From the NCBI RefSeq assembly GCF_018977255.1, contig NW_024704743.1, positions 88,724,001 through 88,788,000 of the forward strand: a stretch of 64,000 nucleotides of DNA, written 5' to 3'. The stretch is from Callorhinchus milii (taxonomy: Eukaryota). The notes beneath the pieces are model-generated. The model did not search any database and had not been told where the DNA came from. It saw only the letters and a program-made list of their open reading frames with translations. Shown here one piece after another: positions 24,481-35,505 of this stretch (positions are counted from its first letter, which is position 1; the number at the start of each line of letters is the position of its first letter). Position numbers and translations under genes: made by a program.

Positions 24481-25289
24481 TACTTGGGACGTAACAGCAT
24501 TAAGAGATAATGAGAAAGATGGGGAAATGGGATTAAGAAGGAAAAAGAGCTGTCATTCACTAATAAAAAGGCAGAGCTGACTGAAAGGACAGAATGGGCT
24601 ACACCTGTTCCTCTGTTCCTATATTCAAAGACATACTAATTCTCAGTTAATTCCCTAGTATGGATTAGTTTGCATCATACATATTAAAAGTAAACTTTAG
24701 ATGTTGGCAATCATTTTACGTTGCACTTATAAGGAAGTGGAACTCATTTTTTAAAAATATTTTGGTTAGAAAAACGCTTCCTCCAAATTTGTGCTTTTTT
24801 TAAAGATACCATTGATCTTAGCTTGCCTGATAGAGACAGCTTCTGCAAGAAAGTACTGTGTTAAAATACTTGCACTAACTGTATGAATTTTGAAAATTGA
24901 GAGCACATATATGTTGGTTTGCAGAAAATAAAGGGATCGTTTCACAATAATTACTCAGAATGTTAAAGGGATAATGATGAATAATCTAGGCTTTAAATTG
25001 ATTAATTCTTCATTGATTCAGACAGCTGATACATTCTAATCTGAGAAGGCATTAATAACTGGTCACTGGGGACTTCTTTATCTACATCACAGAAGCTCCA
25101 GACAAGGTGCAAGTAGATTCTATCACACATTCAGGAGATTGTACAAAAGATGAAAATAAAAATAGAAACCCTTTATTATTGTACTGATTAGTCAGCTCAG
25201 GGACTGAGAGCCATTTAACCACAGATCCCAGGAAGTCTGTAATAGGAGGATGGTAGAATAATCATTATTAATAATAATAACAAACACAA

Positions 25290-25640
25290 CAGTATTAATA
25301 ATAATAATCCTTGCATTTGATATAGAGCCTCATTATATCTCATAGTGTTTCACAGGGCATACTATAAAGTGTAGCGACTGGGTAGGCAAATATGACAGCC
25401 AATTTGCATACAACAATTTCCCACAAACAGCCACGGAATGGATGACAAATTTCACCTGGTAAATTGTTAGCCAGAACACTGAGAGAAACTGTCTTCTCTG
25501 TTTGAATAATACTTGGGATTTTTAATGTCCATCTGAACAAACAGATGGAACCTCAGTTTAACATCTCATCTGAACGACGGCACCTCCGACAATACAATGC
25601 TTCCCCAGCACTGCACTAGAGTGTCAACTGAGATCATGAG
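25290..25640 (-). mobile_element. DeuSINE-like SINE
   Basis: (AAT)nCCTTGCATTTGATATAG...CAGCCAATTTG...GTTTAACATCTCATC...GACGGCACCTCCGACAAT. Confidence 0.8.
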
Positions 25641-26480
25641 TGAAATCAAATATTAAGAAAGGCCTTCCTCATTCAAACTCTCTTGTGATCGTGTGATCTT
25701 TTACAACAAGTACTATATTTCACATTGTTTATTCATGTATCAGGCCTAATTATTTTCATATTTCATAAAAGGATGACATCCTTTTACATGAAATTCTTGC
25801 ATTTGATATGCAGCCTTTAACATCTCAAAGCTCTTTACTGTAATAAATAATAAAATAATAATCCTTGCATTTGATACAATGCTTTATCACGTCGTAGAGA
25901 TACCTCAAAGTGCTTCACAGAATATATTGTAAAGTGGAGTTACAGTATAATTTGTGGGAGAAATTACATTTAAGTGTAGGACTGTGTATTTGTGGGGAAT
26001 CACAGCAGCCAATTTCAATACAGTCATTTCCTACAAATAACCAAGAGGTGAACAATCAATTCATCTTGAGAATTGTTGGCTAGGACAGCGGGAGAAATTC
26101 CTTCCCTCCTCTCATATATGTTTACTTTGGGAAGACTCAAATCCAGGAACAAACATCAGTGAATTACAGATTAGAATTCTTACATTGACAATTTGGCAGG
26201 CGGTGCTTTGGGTGCAATTAGAAATTAATAATTTTAATATTTGCAGTTCCTTAGAATCAATTTGATTTTCGTTACAATGTTTATCTCATTCAACTGCTTT
26301 TTCAAAAATTCCAATGTCAATTTTTAAATTCTTTACTTTGTTCAAAAATAAAATGAGGTTAAAAAAGTAGCAGCAAGACATAGCAGGCTTCATAGAGGTA
26401 TGAAATGAGACAATTTGAACCTAGCTGTCTAGTCTAGGTAGAAATGGAGAAATTATTGATTGTAAGTGCTTTCTTCTCAG

Positions 26481-26960
26481 GGAAAATTACAGCTCATGTG
26501 GGGAGGCAGGTGAGGGCTCCACAGGTACAAGAGCTGCTGATGGTGGAGCAGATCATAGTCTCTGATGCCCCTGGAAGAAGAGAAAAAGAAAGTATGTGGT
26601 AGCGAGGAGCTCTGGCTGGCCCTGTTACTAATAATCATTTAGCTTAGAGGTGTAAGATTCCTCTGCATTGGTAATGAAATGTGTCCAGGTGCTACTCCTC
26701 CATTGGGAGAGAATCTCTTCTCTGTCAAACAGCCATGGCTCTTTCTTTCAGTCCCCCCCACAGTTTGAGGAGTCCTTTCACCTGCACCTCAGCATAATCA
26801 GCAATAGCAAGAATGATATCTCAAGAGGATGTCAGTGGCCTACAACCCCAGAGATAAGAGAAAGAGGAAGAAGGCAGATGATACAAACAAAGCAGATATG
26901 TTGAATTGTCAGAGTTGTTGTCCTTCGTGTGAGAGTTAAAACCAAAGTCCTGGCTCAGGT
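26481..26960 (+). pseudogene. putative decayed coding exon (unidentified, with basic NLS-like patches)
   Basis: tttcttctcag acceptor; ENYSSCGEAGEGSTGTRAADGGADHSL*CPWKKRKRKYVV and, in another frame, LKRMSVAYNPRDKRKRKKADDTNKADMLNCQSCC. Confidence 0.3.
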
Positions 26961-27486
26961 TATTGTTAATAGTTGTTACTGTCATAATCAACCTACCCCT
27001 CACTCCTATATGTTTACTTGGGGAAAAATTAGCAAACAAACATTAGCTAATATTGATCTAAGATATTATTTATTCCCATATTTTTCAACTATTCCACAAA
27101 AGCATATAATTCTATTTAACTGCAGGTGAATGCAGTTTTGCCAATTTCTCGTCAAGTTTCAACCAGAAGTGTAGGCAATTTATTTCCTTGAACTAAGAAA
27201 TTTAATTCACTGGTATCCAAATTACATTATGCAATTTGTGCACAAGCTCTTCCTAATAACCAATTGAGGCCACATGGGCTTTCTCTGACCTCTCACAATA
27301 CACCGCAGGTGACATGAAAATAATTACAAGTGTGGATGGATTTGCAAAGACTTCAAAGTACATCTTGCTGTGTCTCCACAGAGTTCTGTACAATTCAGAA
27401 ATATCATATATATATAGATTTTGGGTCTGAACATCTACCAAGTTTTAGATTATAAGACTATTGTACTTTAAAATTCAGAATCATGC

Positions 27487-27599
27487 AGAATTGTGGAACA
27501 TTCTTAAATACATGCTTAATTTGGAAATCGGATCTTTTTAAGCAGTGGGGGAAATCAGCTTCCAAATTAAGACTGGTTTTAAGAATTTTCTACATTTCT
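27487..27599. mobile_element. ~113-bp palindromic MITE-like element (best copy of the family)
   Basis: 40-bp arms at 27487-27526 and 27560-27599 pair at 33 of 40 positions. Confidence 0.7.
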
Positions 27600-27637
27600 A
27601 TGAGATCTTGAAACCACCTGCTGACTCTCCTCCTTGT

Positions 27638-27915
27638 AGGGGGTGTGGGGGGGAAGGGGGTTGCAGGGTGTTGGGGGGTGGGGTGGGGAGAGGGGGAAGC
27701 TACAAAGCAAGGTCTCTTTGTAGCTGAGATGGCTTTAGGGTGACGTGCAGGACAATGCAATGTTTGAATTGAGTCAAACTTATTATTATTTTTATTTCCT
27801 GTTAACCATGCCAGCCAAAACCCTAAGTGGTCCTATCTGGACAAGCAGCAGGAAGTTTGCCATGCAGCGCTCTCAAAGGCAATCTTTTAGTTGGTTAAAC
27901 TCACCAATGACTCAA
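27638..27915. promoter_or_regulatory. candidate enhancer: G-run tract plus CRE half-site, two AP-1 sites, ETS site and CCAAT
   Basis: TGACGT at 27741, TGAGTCA at 27770, CAGGAAGT at 27849, CCAAT at 27904 overlapping TGACTCA at 27908. Confidence 0.3.
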
Positions 27916-28092
27916 CAACAACAACAACAACAACTTGCAATCGTATACTCCATGGTCCCCAAGTCTTGTCTTACACCAATTTGAACCAAATACTCCCTGG
28001 AATTAGACGAGCAGGGTGCAGCCCTTAAGAGAGACAACTTGCAATTCATTTCAGACTCAGGGAAATTTCCATTTGTAAATGATATATATATA

Positions 28093-28405
28093 AGTCCTGT
28101 AGCTCAATGGTTAGAGTACTCGCCTTGCAAGCGAGAGACCTGGGTTCGATTCCTGGCAGGATGAAACCTTGGGCAACTTTCTTTGCTCCATACGCCTGAT
28201 AATAATCCATCAAGAAAAAAAAGCACAATAATAATTTGGTCACTCAATCCACGATGGTTTGTGGAACACTGCTGAACGCAATTGGCTGCTGTGTTTCGTT
28301 CACAAATATGCAGTCATTTCACTTTGCAGTATATTCTGTGAAGCACTTTGCGATGTATAGAAGACATGAAAAACGCTACATAAAATGCAAGGAATAATAA
28401 TAATA
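28093..28405 (+). mobile_element. tRNA-Ala(UGC)-like-headed SINE (C. milii SINE2-1-like); cloverleaf head at 28093-28164
   Basis: D arm GCTC/GAGT, anticodon stem CTCGC/GCGAG with CT-TGC-AA loop, GGTTCGATTCC T loop, followed by SINE body and (AAT)n tail. Confidence 0.9.
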
Positions 28406-28600
28406 ATCCTTACATTTGATAGAGCGCTTTTCACGTCTTCTCGATGTCTCAAAGCGCTTCACAGAATAGACTGTAAAGTGAATTGACTATATATTTGTGG
28501 ATGAAATGTGGCAGCCAATTGTGCATAGCAGTGTCCCACAAACAGTCGGGGATTGAAAATGACCAATTTATTATTGTTTTGTTTTGGAGGAATTATTATT
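28390..28600 (-). mobile_element. 3' half of the same SINE family, tail-to-tail with the previous copy
   Basis: Reverse complement of 28230-28390; the two copies share the (AAT)n run. Confidence 0.88.
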
Positions 28601-29450
28601 AGACGTGAATATTATATTATTATATCATAAATCATATATGTATATGTCTGGTTTGGATATTCCTAAGCTTGGTGATGGGTTTCCTCATGTATGAGAGGCA
28701 AACAAATATATTAGAACAAGTGTGAGACAAAACAGTCTTAAAAGCTGATTTAAAGGGGAATTCTTTCTACGAGTGATGGTTCAAGTGAAATTTCTTTTTG
28801 CTGAAACTTATAAAATGGTAACTTTCTCCCTCTGTGTTGCAGACAAAGCCAATCCACATAACTTATAAAAGTTGAGTTCGATTTTAACAATATAACCTTG
28901 AATAGTTTCATACCTCCCCTTAAAACCTACCAACGCAAAACTGTCTATTGAAGCCCAACTGTTTGTTTCTCAAGGTTGTTTATCACAAAACTAGTTCAAA
29001 CAAACTGATTTTAACTCCTTAAACTGCAGGTTTAAATTGAATTGTAAATGAAATAAAAAGACTCTTTCTGTAATGCTTCTAACAGTTATTCCTTAAAAAG
29101 CTTATTAATTCCAATGAAGAGCAGCGCCATAATTTCATCCCAAATTCCATTAAGGGTTAAATCTCGATTGATCAGTGTAATTGAAACCCTACAAATCTAC
29201 TCACTCAAAAGTATATTAAGGGATGCAAAGGTCATTTTAGAGTTAACAAAAAATAAGAGTACATTACTGGTAGCTCTATAACAAAAGCATTTAACACATT
29301 GCTGCAACATGTGGATTACCTACAAAATACTGTAACTACACATTACTGTAAATCCTGTGCAGCGCTTTGAGTCGTCCTCCTGATGTAAAAGGTGCTAATT
29401 CATATGCAAGGATTATCATTATAACCTTTAATAGTTCTAATTTTCACAAC

Positions 29451-29568
29451 TACAGGGTGACCAAAAAGTTGTGATACCATTACAATGTCTAATAAGTCTT
29501 ACAGAAATGATGATATATATATTGTTTTAGATAATAGGGTAGCTTCACGACTTTTTGGTCACTCTGTA
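29451..29568. mobile_element. Tc1/mariner-type MITE, 114 bp, TA target duplication
   Basis: TA-CAGGGTGACCAAAAAGTTGTGA ... TCACGACTTTTTGGTCACTCTG-TA (22-bp TIRs, 2 mismatches). Confidence 0.85.
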
Positions 29569-29639
29569 GTTTCTTTCCTCTCTCTTGGTATTGAACAAAA
29601 TATATGTCTTTGGTGAAATTTAATTTAAATACTAACCCA

Positions 29640-30060
29640 ATTACAGAAGTAAATTAATTTTGTTATATGGGTTGAAGGGCGTCGGACAATTCTGGACAGT
29701 ATGAAAGGAGCATGTTTTAAATACTGAGCTGTAGTGTTGGAAGAATATTCTGGATTTTTTGCTTTGGGTCGACTTAGTGGTGCTTGGAGTCTCTAATATG
29801 GAGCTTTTGCTCAGTTGAGAGGACATGGGTTTAGAGTGGCAAAGGCCAATTACAGGATAGATACTGTAAGTTTTTCTTTACTCAGAGGGTAGTTAACTGT
29901 TGGAAGAGGTTGCCAGGAAGGGTGGGTGAGACCAGGTTCTGGACTCATTAAACAAAATAGCTTGATTTGGTGGGAGGAGGCAGGGTGGATATTCTGGAGG
30001 GATGAGATCACACAGGCCAAAGAGCCTTCTTCATTCCAACTAATCTTGTGAGCTTGTGAT
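29640..30060 (+). mobile_element. old CR1 3' end
   Basis: GAGGACATGGGTTTAGA...TTTTTCTTTACTCAGAGGGTAGTTAACTGTTGGAAGAGGTTGCC; TCTTGTGA-type tail. Confidence 0.7.
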
Positions 30061-30386
30061 AATGGATTGTGTAAAGTGAAGGCCCTGGTAAGGTAGATTT
30101 AGTGTAGCAGTGAAAGGAGTGAGCGAGATGGGTCAAACATCCTTTTCCTATCCCACACTTTCTTACGTGTTTATTATTCTTGATGTACATTACAGTTTAG
30201 CTATTATAGCATTTGACAAGCAGGAAGTGAGATCTTTGTGAATTGTAAAGATTGGTTTCTAAAGGATGATGGTGGGTTAAAGGCACAATGAATCGAGTGG
30301 AAAGCTGATTATGACATTAGCTAACACAACAACAGGGAATAATGCACTGCAGGCAAAGAAATAACTATAGAGCTTCGTGAGATCAC

Positions 30387-30411
30387 GTTGCTTAGCAACT
30401 AATCTAGCAAC
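30387..30411. promoter_or_regulatory. RFX X-box palindrome plus adjacent half-site
   Basis: GTTGCTTAGCAAC (30387-30399) then CTAGCAAC (30404-30411), in non-repeat DNA. Confidence 0.45.
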
Positions 30412-30634
30412 AAGGAGCCCACATCCTCACAGGACCTATTGCCTGGTTTCTCACTGTGAGATAAACCAATGTCTGTCAGACGAGCATTAGAGGCAAATAA
30501 AGAATGAATGTTGAGGAGCTGAGGGACATGATTTTTATATCATAAGCTTGCTGACTTGACAGCCGTGAGTGGTAAAGATGGGCATTGTCAGATGTCTGGT
30601 ACAGATTTTTTGATCCCAAAGCTCCTTGTCATAT

Positions 30635-30870
30635 ACAGCAACAACAGCTTACACTTATATAGTGCCCTCCATGCAGGGTAGTGTCTCAGAGCGCTCAACA
30701 GTGGCGGAGCCTGACTCCGAGCTGGGGGTGGGAGGGGGAGGTGGCCGTAAGCACGGTCGAAGGGGAAAGTTATCAGGCGGGGACTTGAAAGAGGGGAGAG
30801 GGACCAAGGTGGAGGGATTGAGGGAGAGTGTTCCAGAGTTTTGGGGCGTAGTAACTGAAACCGCGACGTC
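30635..30870 (-). mobile_element. L2 3' end (type-B tail)
   Basis: CAACAACAGCTTACACTTATATAGTGCCCTCCATGCAGGGTAGTGTCTCAGAGCGCTCAACAGTGGC. Confidence 0.88.
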
Positions 30871-31139
30871 AAATGTGCACAGGTACAGATAACATTAATG
30901 GGTAACCTATCTTAGGCCCATTTCTTCTCAAATGTGACACCACTTTTATAAAATAATAAAGAATATTTCTTGGAGATAGCAAAACATGTAATATAATCAA
31001 ATCAACATTGTGGCCTAACGCTAAATGTTAAAAATAGTGACCATTCCTTATGAAATTCTACCTGGTTTTAATCAATAAAAGTGTTTTATCTTCATATCTA
31101 CAATTACGTAGATTTGTGGAAAATGTTTCAGTTCAGCAT

Positions 31140-31320
31140 TGTGTCAGCCTGGCTCAGTTGGCAGCACTCTCACCTTTAACTAAGTCAGAACGATAAGGGT
31201 TCAAGAGTCATATTGGTATTTTGAGCACCCAGTCTTGGCTGGTGAAGTCCTAGCAGAGCATCGCATCTTTGGAGGTTCCTTCCTTCTATAAGATGGTAAA
31301 ACCAAGGTCCTGTCTGTCTG
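31140..31320 (+). mobile_element. DeuSINE-like 5' half
   Basis: GTCAGCCTGGCTCAGTTGGCAGCACTCTC...GGGTTCAAG. Confidence 0.75.
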
Positions 31321-31399
31321 AAAGCTGGTTGTTTTTAATTGTGTAAACTTCCGAATTAAGACTGAATTCAAGAATTTTCCACAATTCTACAATAAGGTA

Positions 31400-32140
31400 G
31401 AAGGAATAAGGAAGTCACATTACATCCTGGAAAATAAAAACCTAAGTGGGGTAGAGGAGCAAAGGGATCTTGGGGTACCCATACGCAATTCACTAAAAGT
31501 AGTGACGCAGATTAATGGCCATAAAAAAGGCAAACCAGCATTGGGGTTCATTTCTGGAGGGATAGAAATGAAAAGCAGGGAAGTTATGGTGAACTTCTAT
31601 AAAATTTGGTTAGACCACACTTACTGTGTGCAGTTCTGGTCCCCACATTATAGAATGGATCCCCACTGGAGAGGGTGCAAAGGAGATTCACAAGGATATC
31701 CCAGAACTGAGAGGTTATACCTATCAGGAAAGCCTGAACATGCTTGGACTCTTTTCTCTTGGGTAAGGGGTGACCTGATAGAGGTCTTTAAAATGATGAA
31801 AGGTTTTGATAGGGTAGACATAGGGAAGATGTTTCCATTTATGGGGTGATCAAAACCAGGGGCCATCAATATAAAATAGTCACAAATAGATCAAATAGGG
31901 AAGTTAGAAAAAATTTCTTCACCCAGAGGGTAGCGGGAATGTGGAACGTGCTTCCACAAGGAGTTGTTGAGGCAAAAGCGTAGATGTATTTAAGGGGAAG
32001 CTAGATAGGTACATGAGGGAGAAAGGAATAGAAGGCTTAGTTGAGGAAGGACAGGAGGAGGCTCATGTGGAGCATAAACACCAGTATAGAGCATTTGGGC
32101 CGAATGGCCTGTTTCTGTGCTGTACATTCTAATGTATTTC
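31400..32140 (+). mobile_element. CR1-derived 3' element, followed by a solo L2 tail (32145-32196)
   Basis: LGFISGGIEMKSREVMVNFYK...YCVQFWSPHYR...RGDLIEVFKMMKGFDRVD; 3' tail GGGCCGAATGGCCTGTTTCTGTGCTGTA. Confidence 0.92.
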
Positions 32141-33659
32141 GAATTTGGGACGTCCTCCCGATGTGAAAGGTGCTCTATATATGTAATTGTGTTGTTATAT
32201 TTTGTTGTATTCTAATGTAATGTATTCAATTCTCTGTGATCTTGAAATTAGAGACAAAATAGTCTTATTTGCAAAAACTAGGTGAAATTTCAGCCTTCTT
32301 AAATTAATAAAAGGATTTCCAAGTATAAAGAGGTAACTTTGAAAAAAATGCCTTTTCACATTTAATTGTAACAACAATATTGCAACCCACTTTCAGCATG
32401 ATAAGAACATTTATCTCCTTTTGTTGACTTGTCAGACACAGGTGATTTAGAAAGTTAACATTCATTGTAGCTGTGAACCTGTGAGGATCAGCAAAACTCT
32501 TTTATCAGGAAGTGGTCTTGTAACTTTATTGGCTTCTCCAGTGCTAATGTTAATTCTTGCAGTTTTGTTTCTTTTAGGACTAAAGAACTCACTGTCTTCT
32601 TATCACAGAGAATTATGTATTATATGTGAACTGTCTATGATACAGATGGGCAGAGTAAAATATATGATGTTAAAAATATGATTGGTGATGTGTTAATCAA
32701 ATAGCTCTTCCAGATCAGTTGTTAGTTATTGACTGGTTTGGATGTGAATACAGCCCCGTTCTCATATTGGAACAATAGTTCGATAGGAAGATAATCAAAG
32801 ACTCAGCCAAACACCATTGAGGTGGCATCATAATCTATGTGATTTATGGACACTAAGATGTGTTCCATTCCTCAAATATACTTAACTGTGTTATTCATCA
32901 CGACATGCACAAAAAGTCTGCCTGGAGTGGTTTATGTCCAGTTTAAATGAGATTTCTTTTACTAGTGGTGAATGTTACATTCACTGATGTACAGCAGGCT
33001 TTCACGACTAAATAACACAATTTCAAATCACTGGCTATCGTAGCAGGATACTTGACATGGACGAGGATCTATTTCCTTGCATGGTATATAAAGCCAGAAA
33101 ACCCTCTGTGAAATAACTCCCTGCAGTGAAACAAATGCATATCACTGCAGCTCAAGACACATGGTGCTGTAATAAACTGCTTCAGTTCAAGACAAAGGGT
33201 TCATTGACAGAAGCCTGTTATCTATCGCTGTCTGACATGTCACCCATTGCTGGCAAAATACATTGAATAAAGTGAGCACAGTCCAAATTTATATGTTATG
33301 AAGCATCACATAGGATGGAAGTGTGTTTCAAAGATTTCACACATCTTGGCAATTAGTTTGTGATATTTGTAAAAGCTATTAGTTCAGTAGTACCTTAGAA
33401 TCATCAGTACTGATATATCAATGTGTCCAGTGTGTCATATTATTGCTATTTGCCTATTTGCTTCTTTTCCTTTCCATTTGGAATTTCAGTACATTGAGCA
33501 GCTCCAGTGATAAGCGCAGGGCAATATAATAATGGCTGAAAATGAGTCAATCGCAAACCAGATGTCGCTGCACTAATTATGACTTAGTGCAGCCTCCTGA
33601 TGTGGATCTCCTGATGCAGCCGTCAAACTGCTGAATGATCGTCTCTCCGTAGCAACAAC

Positions 33660-33837
33660 AAACTCTGGAACACTCTCCCTCAATCCCTCCACCTTGCCCC
33701 CTCTCTCCCCTCTTTCAAGTCCCGCCTGGAAACCTCCCACCTCCCCCCCAAGCTCGTAGTCAGGCTCCGCCACTGTTAAGCGCTCTGAGACGCTACCCTG
33801 TGTGGAGGGCGCGGTATAAGTGCAAGTTGTTGTTGTT
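33660..33837 (+). mobile_element. L2 3' end (type-B tail)
   Basis: CTCTGGAACACTCTCCC...GCCACTGTTAAGCGCTCTGAGACGCTACCCTGTGTGGAGGGCGCG...(GTT)n. Confidence 0.9.
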
Positions 33838-34074
33838 TGATTTACATTTGTGAACAAAATTTCACAATTTCTTACCAAATATACAACAATCACAAACAAA
33901 ATGTGAGCCTGAAGGCAGGCAGAGGCTGTTGTGCTGACAAAGCTTTACTTTTGAGTCACTTTCCAGCTGACAATAGTCCTGCAAAATCCAGGAAAAGGCA
34001 GAAAGCAAAGCTGCAAAATGTGCGTTGCCGTTTGGTATTGGAATCTTTGCAATAATTTCCTTAGAAAATGTGCT

Positions 34075-34505
34075 ATTGTAAGTCAGACTGGCTCTCAACT
34101 CTGTGTCAGAAGGTGGTGGGTTCAAGCCCCACATCAGGACTTGGAATTATATCATCTAAGATGACACTTGAATGCAGTACTGGAGATGTGTTGTATTGTC
34201 AGAGATGCTCTCCTTTGGATGCGACTTTTAACCAAGGTCCCATCTGCCTGTTCCGGTGGGCATTAAAGATCAAATGGCACCATTTGAAAAGAGAAGGGAG
34301 TTTCTCCCGGTGTCCTGGTCAAGAATCCCCTAAATAAAATTGGTCACTCACTCCATGAGTGTTTGGGGGTCATTGCTATATGCAAAACTGGCTGCCTTGT
34401 TTCACCCACAAAATTCACAGTCAATCCACTTTATAGTGAAGCACTTTGAATTGTCTTGATGACGTGATAAGATGCTACATCAAATGCAAGGATTATTATT
34501 ATTGT
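34075..34505 (+). mobile_element. full-length DeuSINE-like SINE
   Basis: GGTTCAAGCCCCAC B box, Deu-like core, AAATGCAAGGATTATTATT tail. Confidence 0.85.
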
Positions 34506-35084
34506 TGACCTTGGTACTGATTCACAATTTCAGTCAAAACAGAGCTCCCAAAACACAGCGACATCCATTTCTGTTACGAATCAGTGTAAATACTCCAGCT
34601 GAATACAAGCAGGATAGTAAAGGAACAGGTGGCAAACATAAGCTTACAAAGCTAACTTATTGCAAACAGAATGGATTTATTGCTGTTTGCATATTGTCTG
34701 ATATATCAAGTACATGAATGGGTAACTCATCAGACAGAAGTAGTGTGTCCTTCAATCCAATATGTATATCTAGCACTGAACTGGCATTTTAGCTTACTTT
34801 GCTTTATGCTATTTTATGCTTGACTGTTCTGCAGTATAAAGAATTGCATTGTCAGTCCAGACCATGAAGGACTTCTTGCTTGATTGTTTACATCATGTTT
34901 TTGTCAACCTTTCACAGAAAGTACATCATTGTCAACAGTACGGCACTGCAGGATTCATAAATGTAGGCACTATTCACAGGCAAAAATCTCTGTCTTCATC
35001 CCATCAATGCCTTGTCAGAGCTCAATGTTCTAGGTACCGGATCAGCAAAAATAATATCTCTCTTTGGCTGCAGATTGAAGTATT

Positions 35085-35505
35085 AGCCTGGCTCATTCAA
35101 TAGCACTCTTGCCTCTGAATCAGATAGTTGTGGGTTTAAGCCCCACATCTAGTACTTTGAGATCATAGTCCAAGCTGACACTTCAATCCAATGCTGGAGA
35201 TGCGCTGCATTCCTTGACGTGTTGTCCTTCTGATGAGACATTATAACAAGGGTCCATCTGCATGATCAGGTGAACATTAAGGATCCCATGGCACAACTCA
35301 AAATGATTCTCCTGGATGTCTTGGTCAACAATCCCTGAGATGAAAGTGGCTATTCATTTCATGGCCGTTTGTCGAACATTGTCCTGTGCAAATTAACTGC
35401 GCATTCATCTTCTAGAAAATACACCATCACTGCACTTTACAGTAAATCTTGTGAGATGTTTCGACCATTTAATAAAGCACTACATTTAATATAAGGAGTA
35501 TTATT
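35085..35505 (+). mobile_element. full-length DeuSINE-like SINE
   Basis: Colinear with the copy at 34075-34505. Confidence 0.8.

Larger units (their letters stand above)
32578..35080 (+). pseudogene. putative large decayed exon split by an L2 tail (33660-33837) and a SINE (34075-34505)
   Basis: gttttgtttcttttag acceptor; fragments TVYDTDGQSKIYDVKNMIGDVLIK, SPAKSRKRQKAKLQNVRCRLVLESLQ and DLGTDSQFQSKQSSQNTATSISVTNQCK with stops and frame changes. Confidence 0.25.

Noticed and set aside
27904..27935. Poly-Q coding stretch
   Set aside because: (CAA)n followed by CTTGCA is an L2 tail remnant on the minus strand
28093..28164. Bona fide tRNA-Ala gene
   Set aside because: It runs directly into a SINE body and tail shared with 40797-41236 and 44770-45221, and the first acceptor pair is mismatched
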